A program made the translations under genes and the position numbers. DNA of 63,242 nt from Macrostomum lignano (Eukaryota): assembly GCA_002269645.1 (NCBI GenBank), contig NIVC01002812.1, positions 1 through 63,242 of the forward strand. Reading direction: 5' to 3'. The notes below the pieces were generated by a model. The model saw only the letters and a list, made by a program, of their open reading frames with translations. It had not been told where the DNA came from and ran no database searches. Shown here one piece after another: positions 12,561 to 26,103 of this stretch (positions are counted from its first letter, which is position 1; each line of letters starts with the position of its first letter).

Positions 12561-13186
12561 ATCGTCTCATGGACTGCAAGGACTACTCAAGTAGAAGGGC
12601 AGGAAACTACGTTTCTTAAAAATTTAAATTACTAAAAAACGGTATTTCATTTTTTCAGCACAAAATTCGTAATTGGTTTCGATATGAGGCAGGCTGAATG
12701 TTTATCTTTTGATATGACTTGCCTTTTTTAATAGCTTTATTAGATCTATTAGAAAGCTTCATACAAAAAATATAGCAATAAAGCAGACATATTTTATTCT
12801 TTGCTATCGTAAAGTTATACTTGTTTACAGATTGATGTGTTATATTTTAAATTTAAACATGATTTCTCCCAATTAATTAACTTACATAATGCGTCACTTT
12901 TTAGAAAAATAAATATTCTCTAGATTTATTATAATTCTATTTTCTTAACTGTCGGTTGAAGGTAGCCCAATCCAGTTTCCAAGCATTGCTAATTAACCTA
13001 ACTTTAGTCATTTTGTCTTGTTTACAATTTCGCTTTAATAAGATTGTTAGTTTTATTTTATTAATTACCTTAATTACACTCGATGCACATTTAATTTGAT
13101 GGGTCTTGATAGCTATGAATCAATTGCTCATTTTACTCAGCTGAGATGGGACCATCACATCAAATCGTCGAAAAGTTTAGCAACCA

Positions 13187-13346
13187 CCATCATAAGCTCG
13201 AAAAGTCACATCGTCGAGAACTGATTTAGCATCCTCCAATCTCGAAAAGTAGGGTTAGGTTAGGGTTGGTGTCTTTTAGGGTTAGAGCTACAGATGATGG
13301 TTGCTAAATCAGTTTTCGACGATGTGACTTTTCGAGCTTGTGATGG
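13187..13346. repeat. 44-bp inverted repeat (13187-13230 / 13303-13346) around a 72-bp spacer with TTAGGG-like units
   Basis: CCATCATAAGCTCGAAAAGTCACATCGTCGAGAACTGATTTAGC matches the reverse complement of the right arm with 2 mismatches. Confidence 0.85.
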
Positions 13347-13354
13347 CGACCCGA

Positions 13355-13590
13355 AGAGAAGGGGAGGAGAGGAGAGCGGTGAACTTGAAGACTCGCAAAG
13401 GAGAGAGAGAAAGAATAAAGGGGAGATAAGATGAATAGATTATGCAGGAGAGGTGAGGTGAGATAAAAGGAGAGAGAGGGAGCTAAGATTAGAGAAGACT
13501 GGGGGAGGAGAGGAGAGAAGGAAAAGGAAAGGAGAGAAGATGAGAGGAGAGGAGAAGTGAAAAGCGAAGAGCAACTCAACAAAGAAAGAG
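13355..13590. repeat. GA-rich low-complexity tract
   Basis: Purine-only runs. Confidence 0.8.
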
Positions 13591-14378
13591 CCGACCGTAC
13601 TGACTGATTGTAGCCAATTGTCCGTAATATTTTCATGACATCAACTTCAAATAGTGATTATGATTCGACTCTTAAGTCTTTAATTTCTTACAATGTTTTA
13701 AACCAGGCTTAACTACGAGCTGTGTTTCAAAATCGAAAAGTCTGCTTAAGTGTCGGGAATATATTTAATAATTAATAAAACTGAGGGTTAAAATTTATTT
13801 ATTACAATTAATTAATAAACATCAGTTGAAATAAAAAGGGAACACACACTGACACGGCCTATGGTTGAGCTACAAAAAAATGGTTCAACATTTGATAAGC
13901 TCGATTAATTAGATATTTGTTTGTCTTATTGGGTGAGCAAAACTTCAATGATGATATTGTATCGTGTAAAGTCTAACTGACTAAAAGCTACATTTTCTAT
14001 TCGTATTTGATTTCATAATTGCTTGCTTCAAAGGAAATGACCATAGAAATCGGAATTCATAGAAGGTCTGGCCATAGACACTTCAGTCTCTTCCTTCAGT
14101 TACTAGAGCCTAGGGGGCAAGACGTCTTGCTTGTTTCATTTGGAATTTGGAAGGCTTGAACTTCCGAGAAACTGAAATTCCTTATGTCCTCCACCAGCAT
14201 TATGAAATCAAACAGACAATATGCATGTATTAATTATGTGATTCAGTTCTAGGTCGGGTATGTTCAAAGTCAGTAAGTATAATTACTAATGTCTATGTAA
14301 TAATTTGTAGTTATAGCTAAACTAATTAGATAGGTGCCTGCTGTTTAGTATGATAAATTCATGCGCAGAGCCGAGCTG

Positions 14379-17300
14379 TCACTCCTCCGTGGCAACTGGC
14401 TCGTCTCCCTCCTGCTGATTGTGTCCTTGGTCATTGTCATTCTCGCCGATTTCGCCGACAACCCTCGGTCCCTGCTCGGTGATGATCACTTTGCTCGAGG
14501 GCGGGATTCGTTCGTACTCGACGCCATAGATCGGGCCTTTGAACAGTTCTTGACGTTCGCCGAAATCCCGGCGATCTTTCACTCGCTCATACTGGCTGTA
14601 CATGATTATCTTCGGCTGATGAGGGGGTGAGCGATTGAGCTTGAGCTGCTTCATCACGCTTCTGGAGAACTTGAGCAACGCCTCAAGATTCTTAAGGTTC
14701 TTAGGATTTATAATTCTAAATAAGGATTAAAAATTTTAATGAAGGATTGAGGTTTTTAATTAAGGATTAGGGATTCTAATGAAGGATTAAAGATTCTAAT
14801 GAAAGATAAAGATTCTAATGAAGGATTAAAGATTCTAATGAAGGATTAAAGATTCTAATGAAGGATTAAAGATTCTACTGAAGGATTAAAGATTCTAATG
14901 AAGGATTAAATATTCTAATGAAGGATTAAAGATTCTAATGAAAGATAAAGATTCTACTGAAGGATTAAAGATTCTAATGAAGGATTAAATATTCTAATGA
15001 AGGATTAAAGATTCTAATGAAAGATAAAGATTCTACTGAAGGATTAAAGATTCTAATGAAGGATTAAAGATTCTACTGAAGGATTAAAGATTCTAATGAA
15101 GGATTAAATATTCTAATGAAGGATTAAAGATTCTAATGAAAGATAAAGATTCTACTGAAGGATTAAAGATTCTAATGAAGGATTAAAGATTCTACTGAAG
15201 GATTAAAGATTCTAATGAAGGATTAAAGATTCTACTGAAGGATTAAAGATTCTAATGAAGGATTAAAGATTCTAATGAAGGATTAAAGATTCTACTGAAG
15301 GATTAAAGATTCTAATGAAGGATTAAAGATTATAACGAAGGATTAAAGATTCTAATGAAGTATTTTAGAAATTTTACTAATGTATTATAGATTTTACTTA
15401 AGTATTTATGATTCTACTGAATGTTTTTTAGTTTGTTTTAATGTTTGAAATAAGAATTAAGGATCGAGCTTTCTGAATGCTTCTGAAGAGACAAAGATAT
15501 GATGGTAAAACGAGATTGTTATCGTGTGTATCACAAAAGCTATTGATAATCTGTGTTATAACCTGCATTAAACTTACCGGTATACCACTAAGCTTTTCAG
15601 CCAATGGGTCGCTGAAATTGAAAAAGGGTCACAAAAAATGATAGCTGAAGTTTCAAAAAATATGATCTGTAAAAGTTATCACTCACGGAGCTGTTTGCAC
15701 TTTATTGGTACTGCCTTTCTGGCCACTGTAAGTGGAGGAACAAAATTGGAATGTTAAACTGAATGTACTTGGATTTTCAGCAGGCTAAAATATACAAATT
15801 AGCAATGGTTGCTCACCCCTTCTGGTTTTGTCTGGCCCGTTCAGAGAGTTCCACCATCTGCAAAGGAATTTAAGCTTTTAAACCTTTTAATTCGATCGTT
15901 TTCACGACTATGACGTCATTATTAAACTTATCATGCAAACTTTTCGTGCTTAATTCTCTCTACTCTACTAGCAAAGAGTAGATTGAATCACTAGTGAACC
16001 TAAATTAATTTACGATAATTGAAACCGAAATAAAAAAATAAAACTTTTCAGTTTCTATGTGACGTCATTTTTCTACCCGCCGTGCAAAATTTTCGTGAAA
16101 TATTTTCTACCGTCTACTACTGTTCAGTAGAAAAATCAGCCTATTTTGTCAGAATAATATCAAAATAAAAAGTTACCTCCATATTCAGAGCTTTGAACCG
16201 CTGCTCAAGGTCGTATTTGTCGCCCTCAAGCGAGTAGATCTTGTTGAACAGCTCTTTGGCCTTCTCTTGCAGTTGCGACTCCCCAAATCCGTCGATATTT
16301 AACGGCTGAACGCGCTGCTCCAAGGCGGCCTTTTTCTCCGCCTCCAGCTGCTCCTTGGATTTGCCCTGTTTGGCCTCGTCTTGGCCAGTTGGACCGGTCT
16401 GGAGAACGCAATGTTTTTGGATATTTGTGTTTGGCCTTCATTATCTCTAGCCTGTATTTATACTGCAGTATGTACTGTACAGGAGGATTTTCAAAGGCAG
16501 AAGCCATCTAGCAGTGCCATGGACAGCTAAAGTGCAAGGACGCAAAACTCGCTTGCAAATCATGCAAATTTTGCTGGAGGCCGTGTCCAGAAGGCGAGAC
16601 ATTCTGCAGGGAATTTAGGTGCTCAAGTCTAGTCTTAAGCAGGGATTTTAGCTGTCCATAAGCATAGGTGCATTTAAGAGGATTTACTGTAACCAAAGCA
16701 CTGTTTAAATACTCGTAATTTTCATAGGATAATTAGACAAACATATTTTAGTGTTTCGGGGCTTTGTATCAATCCAATAATTTTAATTAATAATTTGTGG
16801 TCACCGAGTTAATATTAATATTTGCATTCATGGGTTAAAACGCATTGTTTGAGCAAAACAAAAACTATCAATTCGGTTTAAAGCCAATTTTATCCAGGAA
16901 AATTTCACATGTATTCTTCAATTTAAAAAATATTACGCGAGCAATTATAAAACTATGAAGTTTTAATCCATGATAATCATAGCATGGTTCTACTCACATT
17001 TTTTCCTTGATCCGCCTAAAAATGTTGAAAAGAAGAGATGAGGAGAAAAAGCGCCACCATTTATAATTGTTAAAAAAACAAAAGTAACGAGACAGCAAAA
17101 GTACAGTGTGATGAAAAGAGAAATCACTGCAAATCTTCTATTGACATTGTCTTTTTTTGCGCCTGCAAGTCGCTGATAAAATCGATTTTAGTTCCCAGCC
17201 AATCAGGGCTGAGATATGGGGGTAAGGCAAACGTACATTCATCAGCCAACTAAATGTACATAGATTAAACTGCTCCCCACCCTGTGTACATTGGCTGGAA

Positions 17301-19552
17301 ATGGGAAGGAGGCGGTGTTAAAGTGCCCGCTGTCGGATTCACTGCCGCGGAGTTAAGCAATTTCGGTTTTGGTTAGTCATTATCAACAATACATGAACAA
17401 ACAATAAATACCATACATGTATTTAAAGATGACTCACTTCGCTGCCAGACTTCTTGCTGATGGTGAAGTTGCGCTGGCTCTGGCTCTTGCTGCGCTCCTC
17501 AGCTTCGCGCTTCTTCTTCTCCCGTTCCTCCTGTCGGCGCGCCTCCTCTTCCCGTTTTCGGCGCTGGCGCTCCTCCTGTTGCATAAAATTTAGAAATTTG
17601 AAACCAAGTATGCCTACTTGAAGTAGCAAATTGATGGTTAAATTTTATTATGAGTTAAGAGACACGAATTCAAACTCACCTCCTCTGCGCGCCTCTTCTG
17701 CTCCTCGATCGCTCGCAGCTCGGCCAGTCTCTTCTCCTCCTCGGCTCGTTCCTGTTTCCTTTGCTCCTGTTGTTTCAGGCAACAGCAAATCAATAAATTC
17801 ATAGATTTTTTTTACTCGAAATTGTTTCCATCTGTCCATGGACTCAGATTGTACTCACCCGCTTTGCTCTGAGATCCGAGATCTCAGCTTCCAGCTTCTC
17901 TCGTTCCTCTTTTCGCATCTCCTCGTATTCCTTCATCTCCTCCTGCATCTTGGCCATGCGCTTCTTCTTCTCCTCCTGCGGTGAGTTTCATTGTTGAGTT
18001 CATGTTGAGTTCATTGTTCGTCTCTTTGACAGTTGTTGACTTCTATATTCAGTTTGTCGAGTTCTTTTGAGTTTATTCAGTTCTTTTTTAGTTTATTGAG
18101 TTTATTGAGTTCATTTTGAGTTTATTCAGTTCTTTTTGAGTTTATTCAGTTCTTTTTGAGTTTATTGAGTTCATTTTGAGTTTATTGAGTTAGTTTTAAG
18201 TTTATTGAGTTCATTTTGAGTTTATTGAGTTGGTTTTGAATTTATTGAGTTCATTTTGAGTTTATTTGGTTCATTTTGAGTTTATTGAGTTAGTTTTAAG
18301 TTTATTGAGTTCATTTTGAGTTTATTGAGTTCATTTTGAGTTTATTGAGTTTTTTTGGTTCGTTTTGAGTTTATTGAGTTCATTTTGAGTTTATTGAGTT
18401 TATTTTGAGTTTATTGTGTTCTATTGAGTTTATTTGGTTCATTTTGAGTTTATTGAGTTCATTTTGAGTTTATTGAGTTCACTTTGAGTTTATTTAGTTA
18501 GTTCATTTTGAGTTTCTTTACTTCTATTGAGTTTATTAGGCTCTTGTTAGCGATCGTAGTTTAGCAAGTTTTAGAGTTTCTGATTCGTAACTTATTTAAT
18601 TTTTAGGCCTGTCCAGTCAAATAGTTCATATTTTGCTAATATTTCTGCAGTGATCTCTATTGAGTGTTTGTTTATAAATTGATAATTAGTTTAACAGCAA
18701 ATCGTATCAACTCTCACCTCCATTCGAATTTGCGCTTCATTCCGACCACTTTCATCTCTGAAAAATTATTGGAAATAGAAAACTATTTACCGAGTGTATG
18801 AATTTTAATGATTTTAATCTACTAATTTTCTAATCGAACTCCTACTCAGAAGAAAAGGCTGGCTGGTGCTTGGGCTTGTCGGCCACCGGCTCGTTTTGCT
18901 GCTCCTGCTCTGCCGGCTCCTCCTGGGCGGCTTCTGGGGCGCCGTCTCTGAAAATGCGAGATTGAGGCTGCTGGACTGACCTGGGTTGGTGAAACAGGTC
19001 TAAAGCAAACTAGATCACATTTACATTTTGATTAAATGTAATGCTCTAACCCCCTAAATACCCCAATTTAAGCACCCTAAATACCCCGATTTCACCGCCC
19101 TAAATACCCCAGTTTAGTGCCCTAAATACCCCAGTTTAGTGCCCTAAATACCCCAGTTTAGTGCCCTAAATACCCCAGTTTAGTGCCCTAAATACCCCAG
19201 TTTAGTGCCTTAAATACCCCAGCTTAAGCACCCTAAATACCCCAATTTCACCGCACTAAATACCCCAGTTTCACTGCCCTAAACACCCAAATTTCACCGC
19301 CCTAAATACCCCAGTTTCACCGCCCTAAATACCCCAGCTTAAGCACCCTAAATACCCCAGCTTAAGCACGCTAAATACCTCAGCTTAAGAACCCTAAATA
19401 CCCCAGCTTAAGAACCCTAAATACCCCAGCTTAAGCACCCTACATACCCCAGCTTAAGCACCCTAAATACCCGTTTTAACCCCTACATACCATATCTAAC
19501 ACAATCAAAATGACAGATTATTCAATACTTACTGGTTTTCCTCGTCCGACAT
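14379..19552 (-). CDS. TnT: Troponin T, 12 coding exons: 19552-19533, 18947-18846, 18757-18718, 17975-17859, 17766-17680, 17575-17438, 17015-16998, 16398-16177, 15857-15817, 15725-15687, 15611-15578, 14615-14379 (364 aa)
   Basis: All introns GT-AG and frame-consistent (1095 nt). MSDEE start, E/K/R-rich coiled coil, NFTISKK, KSKEQLEAEKK..QPLNIDGFGESQLQEKAKELF..EGDKYDLEQR, PPKIIMYSQYERVKDRR and an acidic tail all match protostome TnT. Confidence 0.92.
14720..15365. repeat. 20-bp minisatellite (AAGGATTAAAGATTCTAATG) in the last TnT intron
   Basis: Period 20 at 14821-14940. Confidence 0.95.
18040..18540. repeat. 20-bp minisatellite (TTTATTGAGTTCATTTTGAG) in a TnT intron
   Basis: Period 20 at 18301-18340. 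Confidence 0.9.
19048..19490. repeat. 22-bp minisatellite (GCCCTAAATACCCCAGTTTAGT) in the first TnT coding intron
   Basis: Period 22 (19141, 19163, 19185). Confidence 0.9.
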
Positions 19553-20199
19553 GCCGCTACTAAATGAGAAAGTTTCACTTACTTACTAACTTGGAGAAAC
19601 CGAAGGAGACAGAGGTATAAAGATAGTTTTAGTCTAACAGACAGCCTATGCAGTCAGCTTTTTAAGGCCCGTTACCCCGGACAAAACAGTACGGAATAGA
19701 AAAAAGATTCTGCAGATTTGCAGGCTTGGACATGTCACTCTCGCTTCGAACCATCGCAATTCTGACCCAAGCCCCGGCCACCCTCAACCCCCCTCTGGAG
19801 GAGAAAAACCCCAAGTCGCATTCTTCTGCTAACCTGGGAAGGATTAGGTAAGTCAGCAGCAACAGCTGGACGCCTCTCGGCTGGCGCACCCAATTGTGGG
19901 ATGGAAATCCCACAAGTGGACTGCGGGTCTTGAACCACAGAGACGCGTGCCTCCCTCCCTCCCTCCGCACCATTTCGGATCAATAACCGGACTCGACAGA
20001 CTCTGTGCCAGGCAACCATGTGGGCCCTGAGGGGGGACACAACGACCCGATTTCTGCCCATTTCTAACGCTCTATCGCAAAGCCATGGAATGCTTGAAAC
20101 TATAATTAGTTCCTGGAAATGTGTCAAACATACGTCGTGATGGATTGCATCGACTTCGCGAGCTCGACACTTCACGAACTTCTAAATTGGTTTATATCT

Positions 20200-21950
20200 T
20201 GACGCCACACTACTCAATTTTGGCGCCACATTACTCAATTTTGGCGCCCCACTACAAATCAATTTTGGCGCAAATCTACAATCAATTTTGGCGCCACACT
20301 ACTCAATTTTGGCACCCCACTACTCAATTTTGGCACCCCACTACTCAATTTTGGCGCCCCACTACAAATCAATTTTGGCGCAAATCTACAATCAATTTTG
20401 GCGCCACACTACTCAATTTTGGCACCCCACTACTCAATTTTGGCACCCCACTACTCAATTTTGGCGCCCCACTACAAATCAATTTTGGCGCAAATCTACA
20501 ATCAATTTTGGCGCCACACTACTCAATTTTGGCACCCCACTACTCAATTTTGGCGCCCCACTACAAATCAATTTTGGCGCAAATCTACAATCAATTTTGG
20601 CGCCACACTACTCAATCTTGGCGCCACACTACTCAATCTTGGCGCCACACTACTCAATCTTGGCGCCACACTACTCAATCTTGGCGCCACACTACTCAAT
20701 CTTGGCGCCACACTACGATCAATTTTGGCGCCACACTACGATATATTTTGTCGCCAAACTATTCAACTTTGGCGCCACACTACTTAATTTTGGCACCACA
20801 CTACAATCAGTTTTGGCGCAACACTACTCAATCTTGGCGCCACACTACTCAATCTTGGCGCCACACTATTCAATCTTGGCGCCACACTACTCAATTTTGG
20901 CGCCACACTACTCAATCTTGGCGCCACACTACGATCAATTTTGGCGCCACACTACGATATATTTTGTCGCCAAACTATTCAACTTTGGCGCCACACTACT
21001 TAATTTTGGCACCACACTACTCAATTTTGGCGCCACACTACTCAATTTTGGCGCCACACTACGAGTACTCAATTTTGGCGCCACACTACTCAATTTTGGC
21101 GCCACACTACGAGTACTCAATTTTGGCGCCACACTACTCAATCTTGGCGCCACACTATTCAATCTTGGCGCCACACTACTCAATTTGGCGCCACACTACT
21201 CGATCTTGGCACCACACTAATCAATCTTGGCGCCCCAATATTTAATTTTTGACGGCACAATACCATCGATTTTAGCGCCACACTACTCAATTTTGGCGCC
21301 ACACTACTCAATTTTGGCGCCACACTACTCAATTTTGGCACCACACTACTCAATCTTGGCGCCACACTACTCAATCTTGGCGCCACACTACTCAATCTTG
21401 GCGCCACACTACTCAATTTTGGCACCACACTACGATATATTTTGTCGCCACACTATTCAACTTTGGCGCCACACTACTTTATTTTGGCACCAAACTACAA
21501 TCAATTTTGGCGCAACACTACTCAATTTTGGCGCCACACTACTCAATCTTGGCGCCACACTAATCAATCTTGGCGCCCCACTATTCAGTTTTGGCGCCAC
21601 ACTACGATCAATTTTTGACGACACACTACTCAATTTTGGCGCCACACTACTCAATTTTGGCGCTACACTACAATCAATTTTTGACGCCACACTACTCAAC
21701 TTTGGCGCCACACTACTCAATTTTGGCGCTACACTACTCAATCTTGGCGCCACACTAATCAATCTTGGCGCCCCACTATTCAATGTTGGCGCCCCACTAT
21801 TTAATTTTTGACGGCACAATACCATCGATTTTAGCGCCACACTACTCAATTTTAGAGCCACACTACGATCAATTTTGGCGCCACACTACTAAATTTTGGC
21901 GCCACACTACGATCAATTTTGGCGCCACACTACTCAATTTTGGCGCCGCA
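20200..21950. repeat. 21-bp satellite (GGCGCCACACTACTCAAT(T/C)TT)
   Basis: Period 21 (20641, 20662, 20683) with variant blocks. Confidence 0.95.
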
Positions 21951-22649
21951 TAGAAATTTGCATACTTGAGCATCTTGAAGAACATTTTCAAGTTTTTTAA
22001 ATTTAGTTGTTTTTTTTTAGACTACGGAGTTAATGATGGTGATGATGAAAGAAGCTGCTTGGCAATCTTCATCGCTATAACGTTAAAGAGAAAATCGAAT
22101 ATTAAGGGCGCCTGAACCTGAACGAAGCCCCAATTTTCGGCGCCAGCAGCAGCAGCTGCTAGAAGGGGTCGCCAAGAAATTATCCAAAAAATTCACAAGG
22201 ACGAACAGAGGCAGACAAGGAATCAGTCAATTACTGCTGCAGGACCTTGGGTCTGGAAAATCTCCCCCCTCTCTCTCTCTCACGCGGGCGGCAGAGGGTG
22301 AAGACGCAATTTCAAACTTTTCCGTCCGTCCCTCTGCCGTCCTGACAGATTTTTTTTTGAAAATGTGAAGTTAACTTTGAAAATTTGATTCTGAATTTTA
22401 TATACTATCGATACATATCGCTGTTAAACCCATATGAGCACAGATTTCTCATTCTTTTCTCAATCTTTTCACACTCTTTTCTCAATCGTCTCTCACTTTT
22501 TCTTACTCTTCTCTCACCCTCCCTCACTCTCCTCTCCCTCGTCTCCCATTTAAGAATGCTATATTTTCTTCATTGTGGCTAAAATCTTGGATAATTTAGA
22601 ACATTCGTAAGAATCTTTTTTCACTACTTATTCTATCTATTAAGTAGCA

Positions 22650-24150
22650 TGTTTGGCATGCGATTGTGAATCAGCGCCAACTTCAAACTAGAATGTACGC
22701 ATTAATCAATATTAGTGGTATTTTTTATTCGTAAAATGGGCGTTCCTTTGACTTGCAACCTTGAACTCCGTTCTTCTTTTTTTCCCGTGTGGTTGCAGAA
22801 ATCCTTAGCCATTTCCACTGCTTCTTCTCCCTCAAACCTCTCCTACTTTTTGGAGTCAACAGTTAAAATTTGTTGCACTGGGCGCAGAGCTCTTCTTTAA
22901 AATCGGTTTATGACTACGAAGCATACTTCCCGTTTCCTTGTTGCTTATAATATTTTTATAACTTTCCAAGTTGAACTTTCGACCATGTGTAAGAATTCTG
23001 TATAGCTATTAATCTGTGGATCGTTAAGAAAGTGGGGATTAAGCCAACTTGTATGTTTAATCCCAAAGCATGCATTTATAAAATCCATAAGCTCCCGTTA
23101 AATACTAGTAAGTTCAGCTTGTATATATACTATTTTGAGAGTCTTAATTATGAGAACTGCTCAGGATCATTCCTTCGAAATGCGTGAGATGATCCTGACC
23201 CCAGGAATCTAAAATCTACAGGAATCTCACAATGGAGAATCTAAAATCTACAGGAATCTCACCATAGACAGTCTGAAATCTACAGGAATCTCACCATAGA
23301 CAATCTAAAATCTACAGGAATCTCACCATAGACAATCTAAAATCTACAGGGAATCTCACAATGGAGAATCTAAATTCTACAGGAATCTCACAATAGACAG
23401 TCTGAAATCTACAGGAATCTCACCATAGACAGTCTGAAATCTACAGGAATCTCACCATAGACAGTCTGAAATCTACAGGAATCTCACCATGGAGAATCTA
23501 AAATCTACAGGAATCTCACCATAGACAGTCTGAAATCTACAGGAATCTCACCATAGACAATCTAAAATCTACAGGAATCTCACCATAGACAATCTAAAAT
23601 CTACAGGGAATCTCACAATGGAGAATCTAAAATCTACAGGAATCTCACCATAGACGGTCTAAAATCTACAGGAATCTCACCATAGACAGTCTAAAATCTA
23701 CAGGAATCTCACCATAGACAGTCTGAAATCTACAGGAATCTCACCATAGACAGTCTGAAATCTACAGGAATCTCACCATAGAGAATCTAAAATCTGTAGT
23801 CGGACCTCAGAATCTTGTTCGTGAAATTGTAACTTAGGTCTTACAACGCGCATGACTTGCAATATACAGAATGTCACAAAATGTTTACCGAGAGACGTGA
23901 GAACTGCCTCGGCCTGTGCTTCAACAGAAACTGAGAAACAGTAAGTCCCACGTAAATTAGTAAATATGTTCATGTGCAGGCATATATTTATTGAAACTAT
24001 AACTTATTAGTACATTAAACAGTAGTCATTAGTTAAATAACGAGAAGGAATATGTAAGTTGTGGAGCTTCAAAGTTTGCGACAGCTTCAGAAAACATTCA
24101 TGGAGTTCGTAACTGATATAATTATAGACATCTGGAAAGAAAACGGACCG
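22650..24150 (-). pseudogene. Degenerate intronless AT-rich reading-frame fossil of unknown origin (TE or virus?), split by a 32-bp array
   Basis: Two long minus-strand frames with few stops either side of the array; the frame is continuous if the array is excised. Confidence 0.3.
23205..23795. repeat. 32-bp minisatellite (TCTGAAATCTACAGGAATCTCACCATAGACAG)
   Basis: Period 32 (23401, 23433); bounded by GAATCTAAAATCT at both ends. Confidence 0.95.
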
Positions 24151-24497
24151 TTTAACTTTTATTTTCATTTTCAAATTAAAAATCCAGATGCTACAATTTA
24201 AAAGTCCATGACATCAATTTCTAATCCAAATTTTGGATTTCAAGCGCATCTAAAGCATGGACTTCTAATCCTGATGTTAGATTTCCTAAAACGCTTTGAA
24301 GATTTTCTTTTCCAATAAGCAGAGCACACCGGCTCGTACTACACACTGTACTAATACTGTGTTTCCAGTTCAACTTCTCCCCGCATGCTTTGGCGCGTTT
24401 TGACAGTTGCTAAATTTAGTAACAAATAGCAATAGTTATTGACTTGGGAGCTGCGATCGTTTACACACGAACCAATGTTAGAGCGAGGATTTTGTAA

Positions 24498-25320
24498 GCT
24501 CTCCCTTCCTCTCCCTTCCTCTCCATTCCTTTCCCTTCCTCTCCCTTCCTCTCCCTTCCTCTCCCTTCCTCTCCCTTCCTCTCCCTTCCTCTCCCTTCCT
24601 CTCCCTTCCTCTTCATTCCTCTCCCTTCCTCTTCATTCCTCTCCCTTCCTCTCCCTTCGTTTCCCTTCCTCTCCCTTCCTCTCCCTTCCTCTCGCTTCCT
24701 CTCCCTTCCTCTCCCTTCCTCTCCCTTCGTTTCCCTTCCTCTCCATTCCTCTCCCTTCCTCTCCCTTCCTCTCCCTTCCTCTCCCTTCCTCTCCCTTCGT
24801 TTCCCTTCCTCTCCATTCCTCTCCCTTCCTCTCCCTTCCTCTCCCTTCCTCTCCCTTCCTCTCCCTTTCTCTCCCTTGCTCTCCCTTCCTCTCCCTTCCT
24901 CTCCCTTGTTTCCCTTCCTCTCCCTTCCTCTCCCTTCCTCTCCCTTTATCTCCCTTCCTCTCCCTTCCTCTCCCTTCCTCTCCCTTCCTCTCCCTTCCTC
25001 TCCCTTCCTCTCCCTTCATCTCCCTTCCTCTCCCTTCATCTCCCTTCCTCTCCCTTCCTCTCCCTTCCTCTCCCTTCCTCTCCCTTCCTCTCCCTTCCTC
25101 TCCCTTCCTCTCCCTTCATCTCCCTTCCTCTCCCTTCATCTCCCTTCCTCTCCCTTCATCTCCCTTCCTCTCCCTTCATCTCCCTTCCTCTCCCTTCCTC
25201 TCCCTTCCTCTCCCTTCCTCTCCCTTCCTCTCCATTCCTCTCCCTTCATCTCCCTTCCTCTCCCTTCATCTCCCTTCCTCTCCCTTCATCTCCCTTCCTC
25301 TCCCTTCATCTCCCTTCACA
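24498..25320. repeat. 10-bp pyrimidine repeat (CTCCCTTCCT)n
   Basis: Read directly. Confidence 0.95.
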
Positions 25321-26103
25321 TCCATTTCTCCCTGTCTTTTTTTCTGTCTCTTCCATTTTCCCACCCTTAATCCCTACATCTCATCCCACTTCTATGCTCT
25401 CTGCCAACCACCGAAAACTTCATCTGCATGTCAGATCTGCTTGTTAATTAAATTAATTGTAGATTTTCATCTTTTTTCACCAACCAGGCCTCAGGATACC
25501 TCTCGCCCACGCAATTTGAAAAAAAAGCAAGGTTTTTCTTATCTGACAACTGCGTGGCTTTCAGGAAGCAACCGTGGATTGTTGTTAACGTTAGCAAAAT
25601 TAATTCTATGCAAGTCTCTCAATTAGCCTGAGTCTATTGATTTGGTCTAGTATACTCCTAGCTATGCACCACCAGTGTCTGCATATTATACTGGTATTCT
25701 TCCTATTCTACGCAAGCACTGCAAGCAAATATTGAAGCGAAGCCAGAAATAAACCGAAAAATGATTGATCAAGTTCAGTATAATCAGTTAGCCAGCCAAT
25801 GCGCTATGTGTACGTACAAAGTCTGCTCAGGATGTTGCTGGCAATTTTGGCACAACTTCATGCATTTATAGTTTCTCTCTTAATGTACACTGGTCCTGTG
25901 CTCAGACTAAGGGATTGCTTTTTTGGCTAGTGGCCACGCACTGGCGGCCGGGTGTGGGGGTTCTTGCTTGGGAAGGAGGCTAGGTAAGCTCTGAGGTACT
26001 GCTCCTGCAGCTCCCTCTCCGCTGCCTTCTCTGCGCCCTCCCCCTCTCCTCCGCCCTTCCCACACGAAGCTCAGTCTGCTCCTGCTCTCTGCCCCTAGTA
26101 GAC

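Noticed and set aside
13250-13286. Interstitial telomere; also the (TAAC)n tract at 29463-30632 as telomeric DNA
   Set aside because: Only 3-4 imperfect TTAGGG units are present. (TAAC)n is not TTAGGG and lies inside a spliceable intron.
15911-16067. Two TGACGTCA (CRE) sites in a TnT intron as an enhancer
   Set aside because: They lie in a diverged local duplication of about 150 bp, so they are not independent evidence; no functional support.
19662-20175. ORFs upstream of TnT, and the ORF at 55987-56256
   Set aside because: No recognisable motif, splice support or consistent frame; I could not assign them.
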